The notes under the pieces: model-generated | Told to the model about the DNA's origin: nothing | The model's database searches: none | What the model saw: only the letters and a program-made list of their open reading frames with translations | Shown: in pieces, positions 29,391 through 36,910 of the stretch | How positions within the stretch are numbered: position 1 is the first letter of the stretch | Layout: every line of letters begins with the position of its first letter | Program-made: the position numbers and the translations under genes | NCBI GenBank assembly: GCA_964566495.1 | Contig: CAZMIT010000005.1 | Location: forward strand, 1-36,910 | DNA length: 36,910 bases | Origin: an uncultured bacterium | GTDB taxonomy: Bacteria; T1Sed10-126 | Direction: 5' to 3'

Positions 29391-30005
29391 TTATTCCTCT
29401 TCCTCGCTTACCTTCTCCTCAACTTCAGCACGAGATTCAAGCACCTCGTCAACAAGACCGTATTCCAGGGCTTCCTCGGCGCTCATAAAATAATCACGAT
29501 CAATGTCTTCACGAATCGTTTGCTCGTCGTTACCAGTATGCCGCGAAAGAATATCAATAATTTGTTCTTTAATTCGCAGCAGCTCCTGGGTTCTAATTTC
29601 TACGTCGGTTGCCTGCCCCTCGGCGCCACCAAGTGGCTGATGAACCATAAATCGCGAGTTGGGCAGGGCGTAGCGGTGCTCCGCGTCGCCGGCAGCGACA
29701 AGCATGGCACCCATGCTAGCGGCTTGACCAACACAGATCGTGTTCACCGTAGGCTTCACGTATTGAATAGTGTCGTAAATAGCCAAGCCGGCAGTTACTT
29801 CGCCACCGGGGCTGTTAACGTAAACGTATATATCCCGTTCAGGGTTGTCGGCTTCCAGAAAAAGCAGCTGTGCCACGACGGCGTTAGCTTTTTCCGACTC
29901 AACCGGTCCACTCACAAAAACAATCCTGTCCTTGAGCAAACGGCTGTAAATGTCATAAGACCGTTCACCCTGCGGGGTCTGTTCAACTACAAATGGTATT
30001 GTCAT
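29391..30005 (-). CDS. clpP: Clp protease proteolytic subunit
   Basis: [22 protein letters not shown] and DRD. Confidence 0.98.
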   Translation of the reverse strand: MTIPFVVEQTPQGERSYDIYSRLLKDRIVFVSGPVESEKANAVVAQLLFLEADNPERDIYVYVNSPGGEVTAGLAIYDTIQYVKPTVNTICVGQAASMGAMLVAAGDAEHRYALPNSRFMVHQPLGGAEGQATDVEIRTQELLRIKEQIIDILSRHTGNDEQTIREDIDRDYFMSAEEALEYGLVDEVLESRAEVEEKVSEEEE

Positions 30006-30012
30006 CTCTGAA

Positions 30013-31371
30013 TCACTCCTCCTCGTCTGCCTCTGCAGACTCTGGTTCTTCTATTTTAACTTCGGCTTTCTCTATCAAGTAATCAAGTACCTTTTCGTCT
30101 CTCTGCTGATGACGTAGATTGTTCACAAGTTCTTCACCGCCGTATTGCTCCATAAATTCATCCCGATCCATCTGTATATCCATCTCGGCGAGCCAGTCGT
30201 CAAGATATTCTTGAAATTCCTCGTCAGTTATTTCGATCTCCTCTTTCTGTGCTATTGCCTGGAAGCTCAGTGTCAGCTTAATTCGACGGCGCGCCTCAGG
30301 TTCCACCTGTTCCAGCATTTCCTCTCTGCTCATGTTCTCACGTTCAAGATAGTCTTCAAGCGTCTGACCTTGAGAGCTGAGCTGATTTTCAAACTGCTCA
30401 ACCATGTGCTCTTTTTCGTTTTCCAGCATCCCCTCAGGTATCTCCAGGCTGACGTTTTCCAGCAGCTGATCATAAACCTGGTTGGCCAGGGTCTGCCGAC
30501 GGTTGTCCTCGGCCATGTCTTCAAGTCGCTCCCGCACATTATCTCTCAGGTCTTCGAGACTATCAGCCCCCATCTTTTCTAAAAAATCATCATCGGTTAA
30601 CTCGGGCGACTCCTGCTCCTGTATTTCCTTGACGTCAACCTCAAACCAGACGTCCTCTCCAGCCAGGTTGTCGTCAATAAAATCATCAGGAAATTTAACG
30701 CGAACGCGACATGTTTCACCAACGTTAGCTCCGATGATTCCCTCGGAGACGTCGTTCATCAGGTCGCTTGTCTCAGCTCCCACCTCCAGAATTGTATCCT
30801 CCTCTGAAGAACCGGGGATAGGCTGGTTTGAGTTGTCAAACCCCTGCAGATCAACCTTTACAAAATCCCCCTCCTGAACCGGCCGGGTGATGGGAATCGG
30901 TTTGAATTGCGAAGCCTCCCCGGTTAAATCTTCCAGCTTTTCCTCTACGTCCTCGTCAGTAACTGACCAATCGCGGGTCTCCAGCTCAAGCCCGGTGTAG
31001 TCCGACTCTTCCAGCTCCAGCTCGGGCTGCACTTCAACTTCCACCTTCAGGTAAAAGCCCTCGTCAAAATTAAAATCCAGTATTTGCGGGTCGGCAACCG
31101 GACGGAGGTCCTCCCGCCGATAAACTTCACGGCAGGCGTGGGGAACCAGTCGCTGCGCCATATTGTGCTGAAGCTGGGGCTTGTATTTGTTTTCAATCAT
31201 ACCCGGCGGAACGCTCCCCTGACGAAAACCGGGTTCTTCAATCTCTTCCTGCAGATCGTTGACCGCCGCCTGCTTAGCTTCTTCAACTGTTCCCGGGGGA
31301 ACTGTAACTTCAAACTGTACTTTAGAATTTTCGGGCTCTTCTACATTTATTTGCCAATCTTCTTCTGTCAC
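30013..31371 (-). CDS. tig: Trigger factor
   Basis: PGFRQG ribosome-binding loop, FKBP-like domain, and position upstream of clpP. Start placed at GTG 31371 after GGAGGAG. Confidence 0.93.
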   Translation of the reverse strand: MTEEDWQINVEEPENSKVQFEVTVPPGTVEEAKQAAVNDLQEEIEEPGFRQGSVPPGMIENKYKPQLQHNMAQRLVPHACREVYRREDLRPVADPQILDFNFDEGFYLKVEVEVQPELELEESDYTGLELETRDWSVTDEDVEEKLEDLTGEASQFKPIPITRPVQEGDFVKVDLQGFDNSNQPIPGSSEEDTILEVGAETSDLMNDVSEGIIGANVGETCRVRVKFPDDFIDDNLAGEDVWFEVDVKEIQEQESPELTDDDFLEKMGADSLEDLRDNVRERLEDMAEDNRRQTLANQVYDQLLENVSLEIPEGMLENEKEHMVEQFENQLSSQGQTLEDYLERENMSREEMLEQVEPEARRRIKLTLSFQAIAQKEEIEITDEEFQEYLDDWLAEMDIQMDRDEFMEQYGGEELVNNLRHQQRDEKVLDYLIEKAEVKIEEPESAEADEEE

Positions 31372-31416
31372 TGTTATCTCCTCCGTATATACGTGTTGCG
31401 GGTTACGAGTTGCGTC

Positions 31417-31520
31417 CACTTTCCCAGTTTCATACTTTCACACTTTCCCACTTTCCCACTTTCATACTTTCACACTTTCCCACTTTCACACTTTCATACT
31501 TTCACACTTTCCCACTTTCA
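31417..31520. repeat. Tandem octamer array, 13 x (C/T)ACTTTC(A/C) with one variant unit
   Basis: Read directly from the sequence between the tRNA-Leu 3' end and the tig start. Confidence 0.95.
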
Positions 31521-31529
31521 CACTAACAA

Positions 31530-31612
31530 TGCGAGGGGCGGGACTCGAACCCGCACGCCGTGAAGGCACAGGATCCTAAATCCTGCGCGTCTGCCAATTC
31601 CGCCACCCTCGC
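31530..31612 (-). tRNA. tRNA-Leu(TAG), CCA not encoded
   Basis: GCGAGGG acceptor stem, D-loop GGAATTGGCAGAC, anticodon arm CAGGA-TTTAGGA-TCCTG, long variable arm, GGTTCGAGTCC. Confidence 0.96.
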
Positions 31613-31728
31613 GGTTATTGAGTGTGAAAGTTAAAAAGTTTGAAAGTTGAAAAGTTAGAACAAATTACAGAATTCACCTGATTTTACCCGTATAAGGATA
31701 TAGGTTTTTCTCAAAATATCAACTTTAG

Positions 31729-31845
31729 CCCGGTCTATGCATGAACCCTATGTATAGACCGCCCAAAGGGCCGCCCATTCGTCAAATGGGCTGGGTGTCC
31801 TGCGGACGGATAATTCACGACAGTGGGGTTGTCGTGAATCCCGGG
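31729..31845. mobile_element. MITE copy 2 (CCCGG ends, IS1380-like), 117 bp
   Basis: Ends CCCGGTCTATGCA / TGAATCCCGGG, flanked by the direct repeat TTAG (31725-31728 and 31846-31849). Confidence 0.8.
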
Positions 31846-31926
31846 TTAGCGTCCCCAGTATTACTTTGCGGTCGAATATCGTTCCAGGTTTTGAACTTGT
31901 TTTTTTCGCCGCTCCCCGCTCCCAAA

Positions 31927-33735
31927 TCAATCCCCGTCCAGCGTCAGTATTGACAAAAAGGCCTCCTGGGGAACATCGACTTCACCCATCTGTTTCAAAC
32001 GTTTTTTGCCTTCCTTCTGTTCCTCCAACAACTTCCGTTTCCGAGTAACGTCGCCGCCATAACACTTGGCGGTGACGTCCTTGCGCTGCGCCGGCTTCGT
32101 CTCCCGGGCCAGCACGCGACTGCCGATCGCCGCCTGGATCGGCACCTCAAACTGGTGGCGAGGCAAAATGTCTTTAAGCTTTTTTGTCAGCCGGCGACCT
32201 ACCCGATAGGCTTTATCTCGGTGAACAATAAAAGCCAGCGGCTCGACCGCTTCTTTATTGAGCAGGATCTGCAGCTTTACAAGGTCGGATTCGCGATATT
32301 CTAAAAATTCGTAATCCATGGATCCATAACCCCGGGTCGCTGATTTTAAGGCGTCAAAGAAATCGACCACAATCTCGGCCAGGGGGATCTCGTATTCAAG
32401 CCGGACCATAGTCTCGTCAAGATATTCCATTGTCCCAAAGTCGGCCCGGCGGTCCTCGCATAGTTTCATCACGTCTCCGATATGATCCTCGGGGGTATAG
32501 CAGTTAAGCTCAACAATCGGTTCACGAATTTCTTCGTATTTATTCGGTTCGGGAAGTTCTCCCACGTAGGAGACGTCCTTAACAGACCCGTCGTTCATTT
32601 TAACTTTATAACGAACATTTGGCGCCGTAACCAGCAGATCGATCCCGAACTCTCGTTCTAAACGCTCCCGGGTAATTTCCATGTGCAGCAGACCGAGAAA
32701 ACCACACTTAAAACCAAAACCAAGCGAATTAGAAACGGCCGGTTCAAACTCAAAGGCGGCGTCGTTGAGCGCAAGTTTCTTCAGGCTCTCCCGCATTTCT
32801 TCGTAGCGATCACCGTCGTGGGGATAAAAACCACAAAAAACCATTGGTTTTACTTCACGATAGCCGGGCAATTTCTCCGCTTCCGAAATAGGTGCCTCCG
32901 CCCCTGTTACCGTGTCGCCTATCTTAACCTGGTCAAGCGTTTTAATACCAGCGAGTAAATATCCGACCTCGCCGGCGAGCAACTCGTCAACCGCCTCCAT
33001 CTCCGGGTTGAAAACGCCAACCTCAGTAACTTCAAAGCTCTTGTCCTTCTGCATGAATAGCACTTCGTCCCCCGGCTTTACCCGCCCCTCAAAAAGACGG
33101 GTATAGACCACCGCCCCCTCATAGGAATCATAGTGAGAATCAAAAATTAACCCCTTCAGACGGCGATCCGCCGGCGCTTTTGGAGGGGGGATCTCGTCGA
33201 CTATTATTTCAAGAAGATCATCCACTCCCGTGCCCTCCTTGGCACTGACCTCGACCATGTCCTCCTCTTCAAACCCCCGGTCAAGCAACTGTATCTTTGT
33301 CCGATCAATACGGGCCGAGTCCATATCTATCTTGTTAATCACGGGAATAATTTTCAGACCTACTTTTTCAGCCTGATAGAGGTTCAAAAGCGTCTGCGCC
33401 TGAACCCCCTGGGAAGCATCGATCAACAGCAATGCCCCTTCACAGGCGGCCAACGAACGACTGACTTCATAGGTAAAATCAACGTGCCCGGGAGTATCAA
33501 TAAGGTTGAACTGATACTCATCGCCATCCTCAGCGACGTATTGCATACGAACAGCCTGCGACTTTATAGTAATCCCCTTCTCGCGCTCAAGGTCCATACT
33601 GTCAAGCATCTGCGCCTTAAATTCACGTTTAGAAATTGCTCCCGTCCGCTCAAGAAATCGATCAGCGAGTGTAGACTTACCGTGGTCAATGTGAGCAATA
33701 ATACAAAAATTTCGTATGTAAAACGGATCAGTCAT
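31927..33735 (-). CDS. lepA: Translation elongation factor 4
   Basis: IAHIDHGKSTLADR, DTPGHVDF, GFLGLLHMEI and KCYGGD. Confidence 0.98.
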   Translation of the reverse strand: MTDPFYIRNFCIIAHIDHGKSTLADRFLERTGAISKREFKAQMLDSMDLEREKGITIKSQAVRMQYVAEDGDEYQFNLIDTPGHVDFTYEVSRSLAACEGALLLIDASQGVQAQTLLNLYQAEKVGLKIIPVINKIDMDSARIDRTKIQLLDRGFEEEDMVEVSAKEGTGVDDLLEIIVDEIPPPKAPADRRLKGLIFDSHYDSYEGAVVYTRLFEGRVKPGDEVLFMQKDKSFEVTEVGVFNPEMEAVDELLAGEVGYLLAGIKTLDQVKIGDTVTGAEAPISEAEKLPGYREVKPMVFCGFYPHDGDRYEEMRESLKKLALNDAAFEFEPAVSNSLGFGFKCGFLGLLHMEITRERLEREFGIDLLVTAPNVRYKVKMNDGSVKDVSYVGELPEPNKYEEIREPIVELNCYTPEDHIGDVMKLCEDRRADFGTMEYLDETMVRLEYEIPLAEIVVDFFDALKSATRGYGSMDYEFLEYRESDLVKLQILLNKEAVEPLAFIVHRDKAYRVGRRLTKKLKDILPRHQFEVPIQAAIGSRVLARETKPAQRKDVTAKCYGGDVTRKRKLLEEQKEGKKRLKQMGEVDVPQEAFLSILTLDGD

Positions 33736-33741
33736 TTGTAT

Positions 33742-34623
33742 TCACCATGTCTGTTTACCGGCCAGGGCAAGTCCGCCATAAAGGGCCGGCTCTTCTCGCT
33801 CGCACTTTAGCATAGGAGTGTTTTTGGCTCGTTTCGCAAAGATATGCGGATCGCGACCTTCTTTTACCCAGTCGAGCATTAAATCGAGGTCGCGGGAGAG
33901 ACCACCGGCAAAAACTATCCCTTCCGGTTCAAGCAAATTAATTACTTGAGCGACTCCGCGCCCAAGATAGACACTTATCTCTCTAACAGCTTCCTCGGCG
34001 GCCCGGTCGTTGGTCATACGTTCAAATATTTCGCGGGAGGCCAGTTCCTGCCCGGTATTTTCTTTGTATATTTTTTTAAGGGCCGTCGCCGAAGCGTGCG
34101 CTTCCAGACAGCCATAATTTCCACAACCACAACGGCGCCCCTCCGGCTCAACCAGCAGATGTCCGACTTCTGCCGCACCACCAGTGGCACCACGGTAAAC
34201 CTTATTTTCTACAATTATCCCCCCGCCCACACCGGTGCCCAGGGTAAAACAGAAAGCCGGGTCCCACTCCCGGGCGGCTCCATAAGTTGCCTCCCCGAGT
34301 GCCGCCAGGTTAGCGTCATTTTCGAGCTGAAATTTTATTCCCACCTCTTCACAACCGCGTGCTATTCCCGCTCCTGACCATTCACCGGTCAGGTTTGGCG
34401 TCTCCCGAATGTAGCGGGCCTCTTCTAACGACCCTGGCACCCCAATTACCCAGTTCTTTTCAGATGCCTCCGGGCGACGCTCCAGGACCGCGGCCAGCCA
34501 ACTGACCGGGTTTTCAAACTCTTCCTGGCGAAATGAAATCTGTTCGGACAGCTCCTCCCCTCTGAAAAATCCAAGCTTTATCGTCGTTCCGCCAATGTCG
34601 GCCACAATCGTATCTTCGCTCAT
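33742..34623 (-). CDS. ROK family sugar kinase (glucokinase-like)
   Basis: DIGGT, ENDANLAALGE, TLGTGVGGG and EVGH..CGCGNYGCLE. Confidence 0.92.
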   Translation of the reverse strand: MSEDTIVADIGGTTIKLGFFRGEELSEQISFRQEEFENPVSWLAAVLERRPEASEKNWVIGVPGSLEEARYIRETPNLTGEWSGAGIARGCEEVGIKFQLENDANLAALGEATYGAAREWDPAFCFTLGTGVGGGIIVENKVYRGATGGAAEVGHLLVEPEGRRCGCGNYGCLEAHASATALKKIYKENTGQELASREIFERMTNDRAAEEAVREISVYLGRGVAQVINLLEPEGIVFAGGLSRDLDLMLDWVKEGRDPHIFAKRAKNTPMLKCEREEPALYGGLALAGKQTW

Positions 34624-34759
34624 AACAAAAAATCACCTGGTAGCTCTCCGAAAAATTTCCCTTGACCCCAGCCGGCGGGCTAACTGCGAGGTTGTAAAAA
34701 CATTAGCTATAAATTTTATCACTTTTTTCTTGGAATATAAATCTTTCTCAACTTTATCC

Positions 34760-34867
34760 CAGAACCTACCGAAGCATCTCCCCCCCATCCCCGGATCAAG
34801 TCCGGGGCAGGCTCTAACCTTCCCCCTCCTGGGGGGAAGGAATTTTGGAACCCTTCGGTAGGTTCTG
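34760..34867. mobile_element. 108-bp MITE with perfect 15-bp terminal inverted repeats and a 9-bp target-site duplication
   Basis: CAGAACCTACCGAAG (34760-34774) / CTTCGGTAGGTTCTG (34853-34867); ACTTTATCC at 34751-34759 and 34868-34876. Confidence 0.92.
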
Positions 34868-35050
34868 ACTTTATCCTGAATTATTCCTTTGTCCACTCAA
34901 AAGACTTTTTTTTGTAAATTCATCCAATATTTGCTAAACTTTTTGCTGAAACATAAATTTAAATCCACTTAATTCAAGTTTTAAACAGTTATTTACAAAG
35001 CTAATGACAGACTTTTAGAAAGTCAAAATTCACTGTTGGAGGTAGCTACT

Positions 35051-36223
35051 ATGTCCCTTTCACGACGAGCTCAAAAAATTCAACCATCTCCTACACTTGG
35101 TATTTCAGCACAGGCAAGTGAACTACGAGAACAGGGTGTAGACATAGCTGATTTTGGTGCCGGGGAGCCTGACTTTCCAACCCCGGACCCGATAAAAAAA
35201 GCTGGCATCGAAGCCATTGAAAATAATTTTACCGGCTACACCTCAGCCTCGGGGATGCCGGAACTGAAGGATGCTGTTGTAAATAAGTTCAAACAGAACC
35301 AGGGACTCGATTACTCCCGCTCCAATGTAACTATTGGCTGTGGCGGAAAGCACGTGCTTTTTAACCTGTTCTCAGCGCTAGTTGATCGCGGCGACCAGGT
35401 TATTCTGCCCGCCCCCTACTGGGTTTCTTACCCTGAACAGATTCGCTTCTTTGGCGGCCAGCCTAAGATTGTTGACACCACGCGCAGTGATTTCCTCCCC
35501 CAACCAGAATCTGTGCGGGAAAAAATCGATGAGAACACGCGAGTGCTGCTTGTAAACTCTCCCTGTAATCCGTCTGGAGCCGTTTACCCCCGCTCACTGC
35601 TTAAGGAACTTGCGGAACTGTGCCGTGAAGAAGGACTGGTGCTAATATCTGATGAAATTTATGAAAAAATGATTTACGACGGCTCCAAACACTCCTCGCC
35701 GGCAGAGCTTGTGGATGATTATCGTGATTACATTGTTATTGTGAATGGAGTTAGCAAAGCCTACTCAATGACCGGCTGGCGCATCGGCTATGCCGCTGGA
35801 CCGGAAGGGGTAATTGAAAAAGTCAACAACTTGATGAGTCATTCGACCTCCAACCCCTGCTCGATCAGCCAGAAAGCTGCCCTCAAAGCCCTCAGCATCG
35901 ACGACTCTATAATTCAGCCAATGGTGGAAGAATTTAACCGCCGACGGAATAAAATCGTCGGGCGCCTTAACGAAATATCCGGTGTTAACTGTAAAACTCC
36001 TGGCGGCGCCTTCTACGCCTTCCCGGACTTCAACCAGTTGATCGAGCAAAAAGATAATGTCCGTACCGATATGGAGTTGGCTACAAAACTTCTCAACGAA
36101 GCACACGTCGCTGTCGTCCCCGGCTCGCCGTTTGGCGCTCCCGGCTACCTGCGCCTCTCCTATGCCACCTCAATGGATGTTATCAACGAGGGACTCGACC
36201 GCATTACAGACTGGGCCGGCTAA
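35051..36223 (+). CDS. aspC: PLP-dependent class I aminotransferase (aspartate aminotransferase-like)
   Basis: GEPDF, NSPCNPSG, SDEIY, SKAYSMTGWRIG and LRLSYA. ATG 35051 follows GGAGG. Confidence 0.9.
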   Translation: MSLSRRAQKIQPSPTLGISAQASELREQGVDIADFGAGEPDFPTPDPIKKAGIEAIENNFTGYTSASGMPELKDAVVNKFKQNQGLDYSRSNVTIGCGGKHVLFNLFSALVDRGDQVILPAPYWVSYPEQIRFFGGQPKIVDTTRSDFLPQPESVREKIDENTRVLLVNSPCNPSGAVYPRSLLKELAELCREEGLVLISDEIYEKMIYDGSKHSSPAELVDDYRDYIVIVNGVSKAYSMTGWRIGYAAGPEGVIEKVNNLMSHSTSNPCSISQKAALKALSIDDSIIQPMVEEFNRRRNKIVGRLNEISGVNCKTPGGAFYAFPDFNQLIEQKDNVRTDMELATKLLNEAHVAVVPGSPFGAPGYLRLSYATSMDVINEGLDRITDWAG

Positions 36224-36438
36224 CCCCGGGGGGCTTGGGGCGGAGAGTAACCCTAACAACCATAACTTCTCCTACTTAACCCCAGAACCCACGAAAAGTA
36301 ACCAATCCCCATTATCTTAGTTCACTATACTTAAAAGATTTTCTTTTCCCTTTTGATTTTTGGTCGCTGACTGTTATTCTTCGCTCTGTGCTCCCCGCCC
36401 CCTGCACCACACCCCCTGCTTTCCACCAAAAAAGTTCT

Positions 36439-36465
36439 TAAAGATTTTCCCTCTACCTTCGATAC
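36439..36465 (+). promoter_or_regulatory. Putative sigma28 promoter
   Basis: TAAAGATT-N11-TTCGATAC, with the same spacing as the fliD promoter. Confidence 0.55.
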
Positions 36466-36500
36466 TTACTTATGAAAGATGAAAAGAAAGGACAGGTTGG

Positions 36501-36605
36501 ATGGAAGGAACAAAAGTTCACTCGGCTTTCCCAAAAATTAAACTTGCAGCCGAACGTCTTAAAAGATATTTCCCTTCCCATTCACATTCTTGTAGCACCA
36601 GGTAA
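36501..36605 (+). CDS. Putative small protein, 34 aa (MEGTKVHSAFPKIKLAAERLKRYFPSHSHSCSTR)
   Basis: Preceded by AAAGGACAGG and lying between the putative sigma28 promoter and a terminator. No homology evidence. Confidence 0.35.
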   Translation: MEGTKVHSAFPKIKLAAERLKRYFPSHSHSCSTR

Positions 36606-36671
36606 GTAGGAGAGGCCCGGCAGACACACCACCATAACGCACCCGGCCGGGCCTTCCCTGCTTATTTTTTT
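36603..36671 (+). terminator. Intrinsic-terminator-like hairpin
   Basis: TAAGTAGG..AGGCCCGGC / GCCGGGCCT..CCTGCTTA stem followed by 7 T; the loop is unusually long (24 nt). Confidence 0.65.
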
Positions 36672-36735
36672 CCCTAACTGCAATCACTATAACTTATTAT
36701 TCTGTCAGTAAAAATACATCGTCCCTGAAATTCTT

Positions 36736-36776
36736 AACTTTCTAACTTTCACACTTTCCAACTTTCCCACTAACAA
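36736..36776. repeat. Octamer array (4 units) at the tRNA-His 3' end
   Basis: AACTTTCT AACTTTCA CACTTTCC AACTTTCC CACTAACAA. Confidence 0.85.
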
Positions 36777-36777
36777 G

Positions 36778-36850
36778 GGTGGCCGACCGGATTTGAACCG
36801 GCGACAACTCGGACCACAACCGAGTGCTCTACCACTGAGCTACGGCCACC
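36778..36850 (-). tRNA. tRNA-His(GTG) with encoded G-1; CCA not fully encoded
   Basis: GGTGGCCG/CGGCCACC 8-bp acceptor stem, anticodon arm CTCGG-TTGTGGT-CCGAG, and GGTTCAAATCC. Confidence 0.96.
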
Positions 36851-36910
36851 ATAGAGGTGCTACAATTGGTTTTGACTTTTCGGTTTTAACTTTCCAATTT
36901 TCCCACTTTC

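Noticed and set aside
31372..31419. Upstream GTG start for tig
   Set aside because: It lies at the edge of the octamer array; GTG 31371 has a strong GGAGGAG RBS.
25769..31612. hisZ-purA adjacency and tRNA-Leu-tig-clpP-clpX order
   Set aside because: Well-known conserved bacterial gene orders.
34633..34896. 87-aa ORF upstream of the ROK kinase
   Set aside because: It reads through the 108-bp MITE and is probably spurious.
36283..36297. CAGAACCCACGAAAA resembling the MITE terminal repeat
   Set aside because: Only 11/15 identity, with no inverted partner or target duplication nearby.

Overview
Bacterial chromosomal window of mostly housekeeping genes, largely on the minus strand. Left to right: a partial AMMECR1/AmmeMemoRadiSam A gene, a PAS-GGDEF cyclase, a divergent anchor-less sdhA/sdhB-type pair, a HAD hydrolase, two hypothetical genes, DUF2851, PHP, citrate synthase, icd, gmhA, a long TPR protein, nusB-ribH-ribBA-ribE, ribD, ftsY, a degenerate GGDEF protein, an enoyl-ACP-reductase-like SDR, an orphan fliD, purA, hisZ, clpX, clpP, tig, tRNA-Leu, lepA, a ROK kinase, an aspartate aminotransferase and tRNA-His. 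Strongly acidic proteins (FliD, Tig) and haloarchaeal-looking Icd and citrate synthase suggest a halophile or haloalkaliphile (inference). The most unusual material is intergenic: three MITE-like elements with terminal inverted repeats and target-site duplications, CGTC-type REP palindromes, a GTANNNNTTTAGCG inverted-repeat 'bracket' with no target duplication, octamer arrays tied to the 3' ends of both tRNAs, and an unannotated sigma28-type transcription unit with a small ORF. No transposase, integrase, CRISPR array or recognisable defence system was found.
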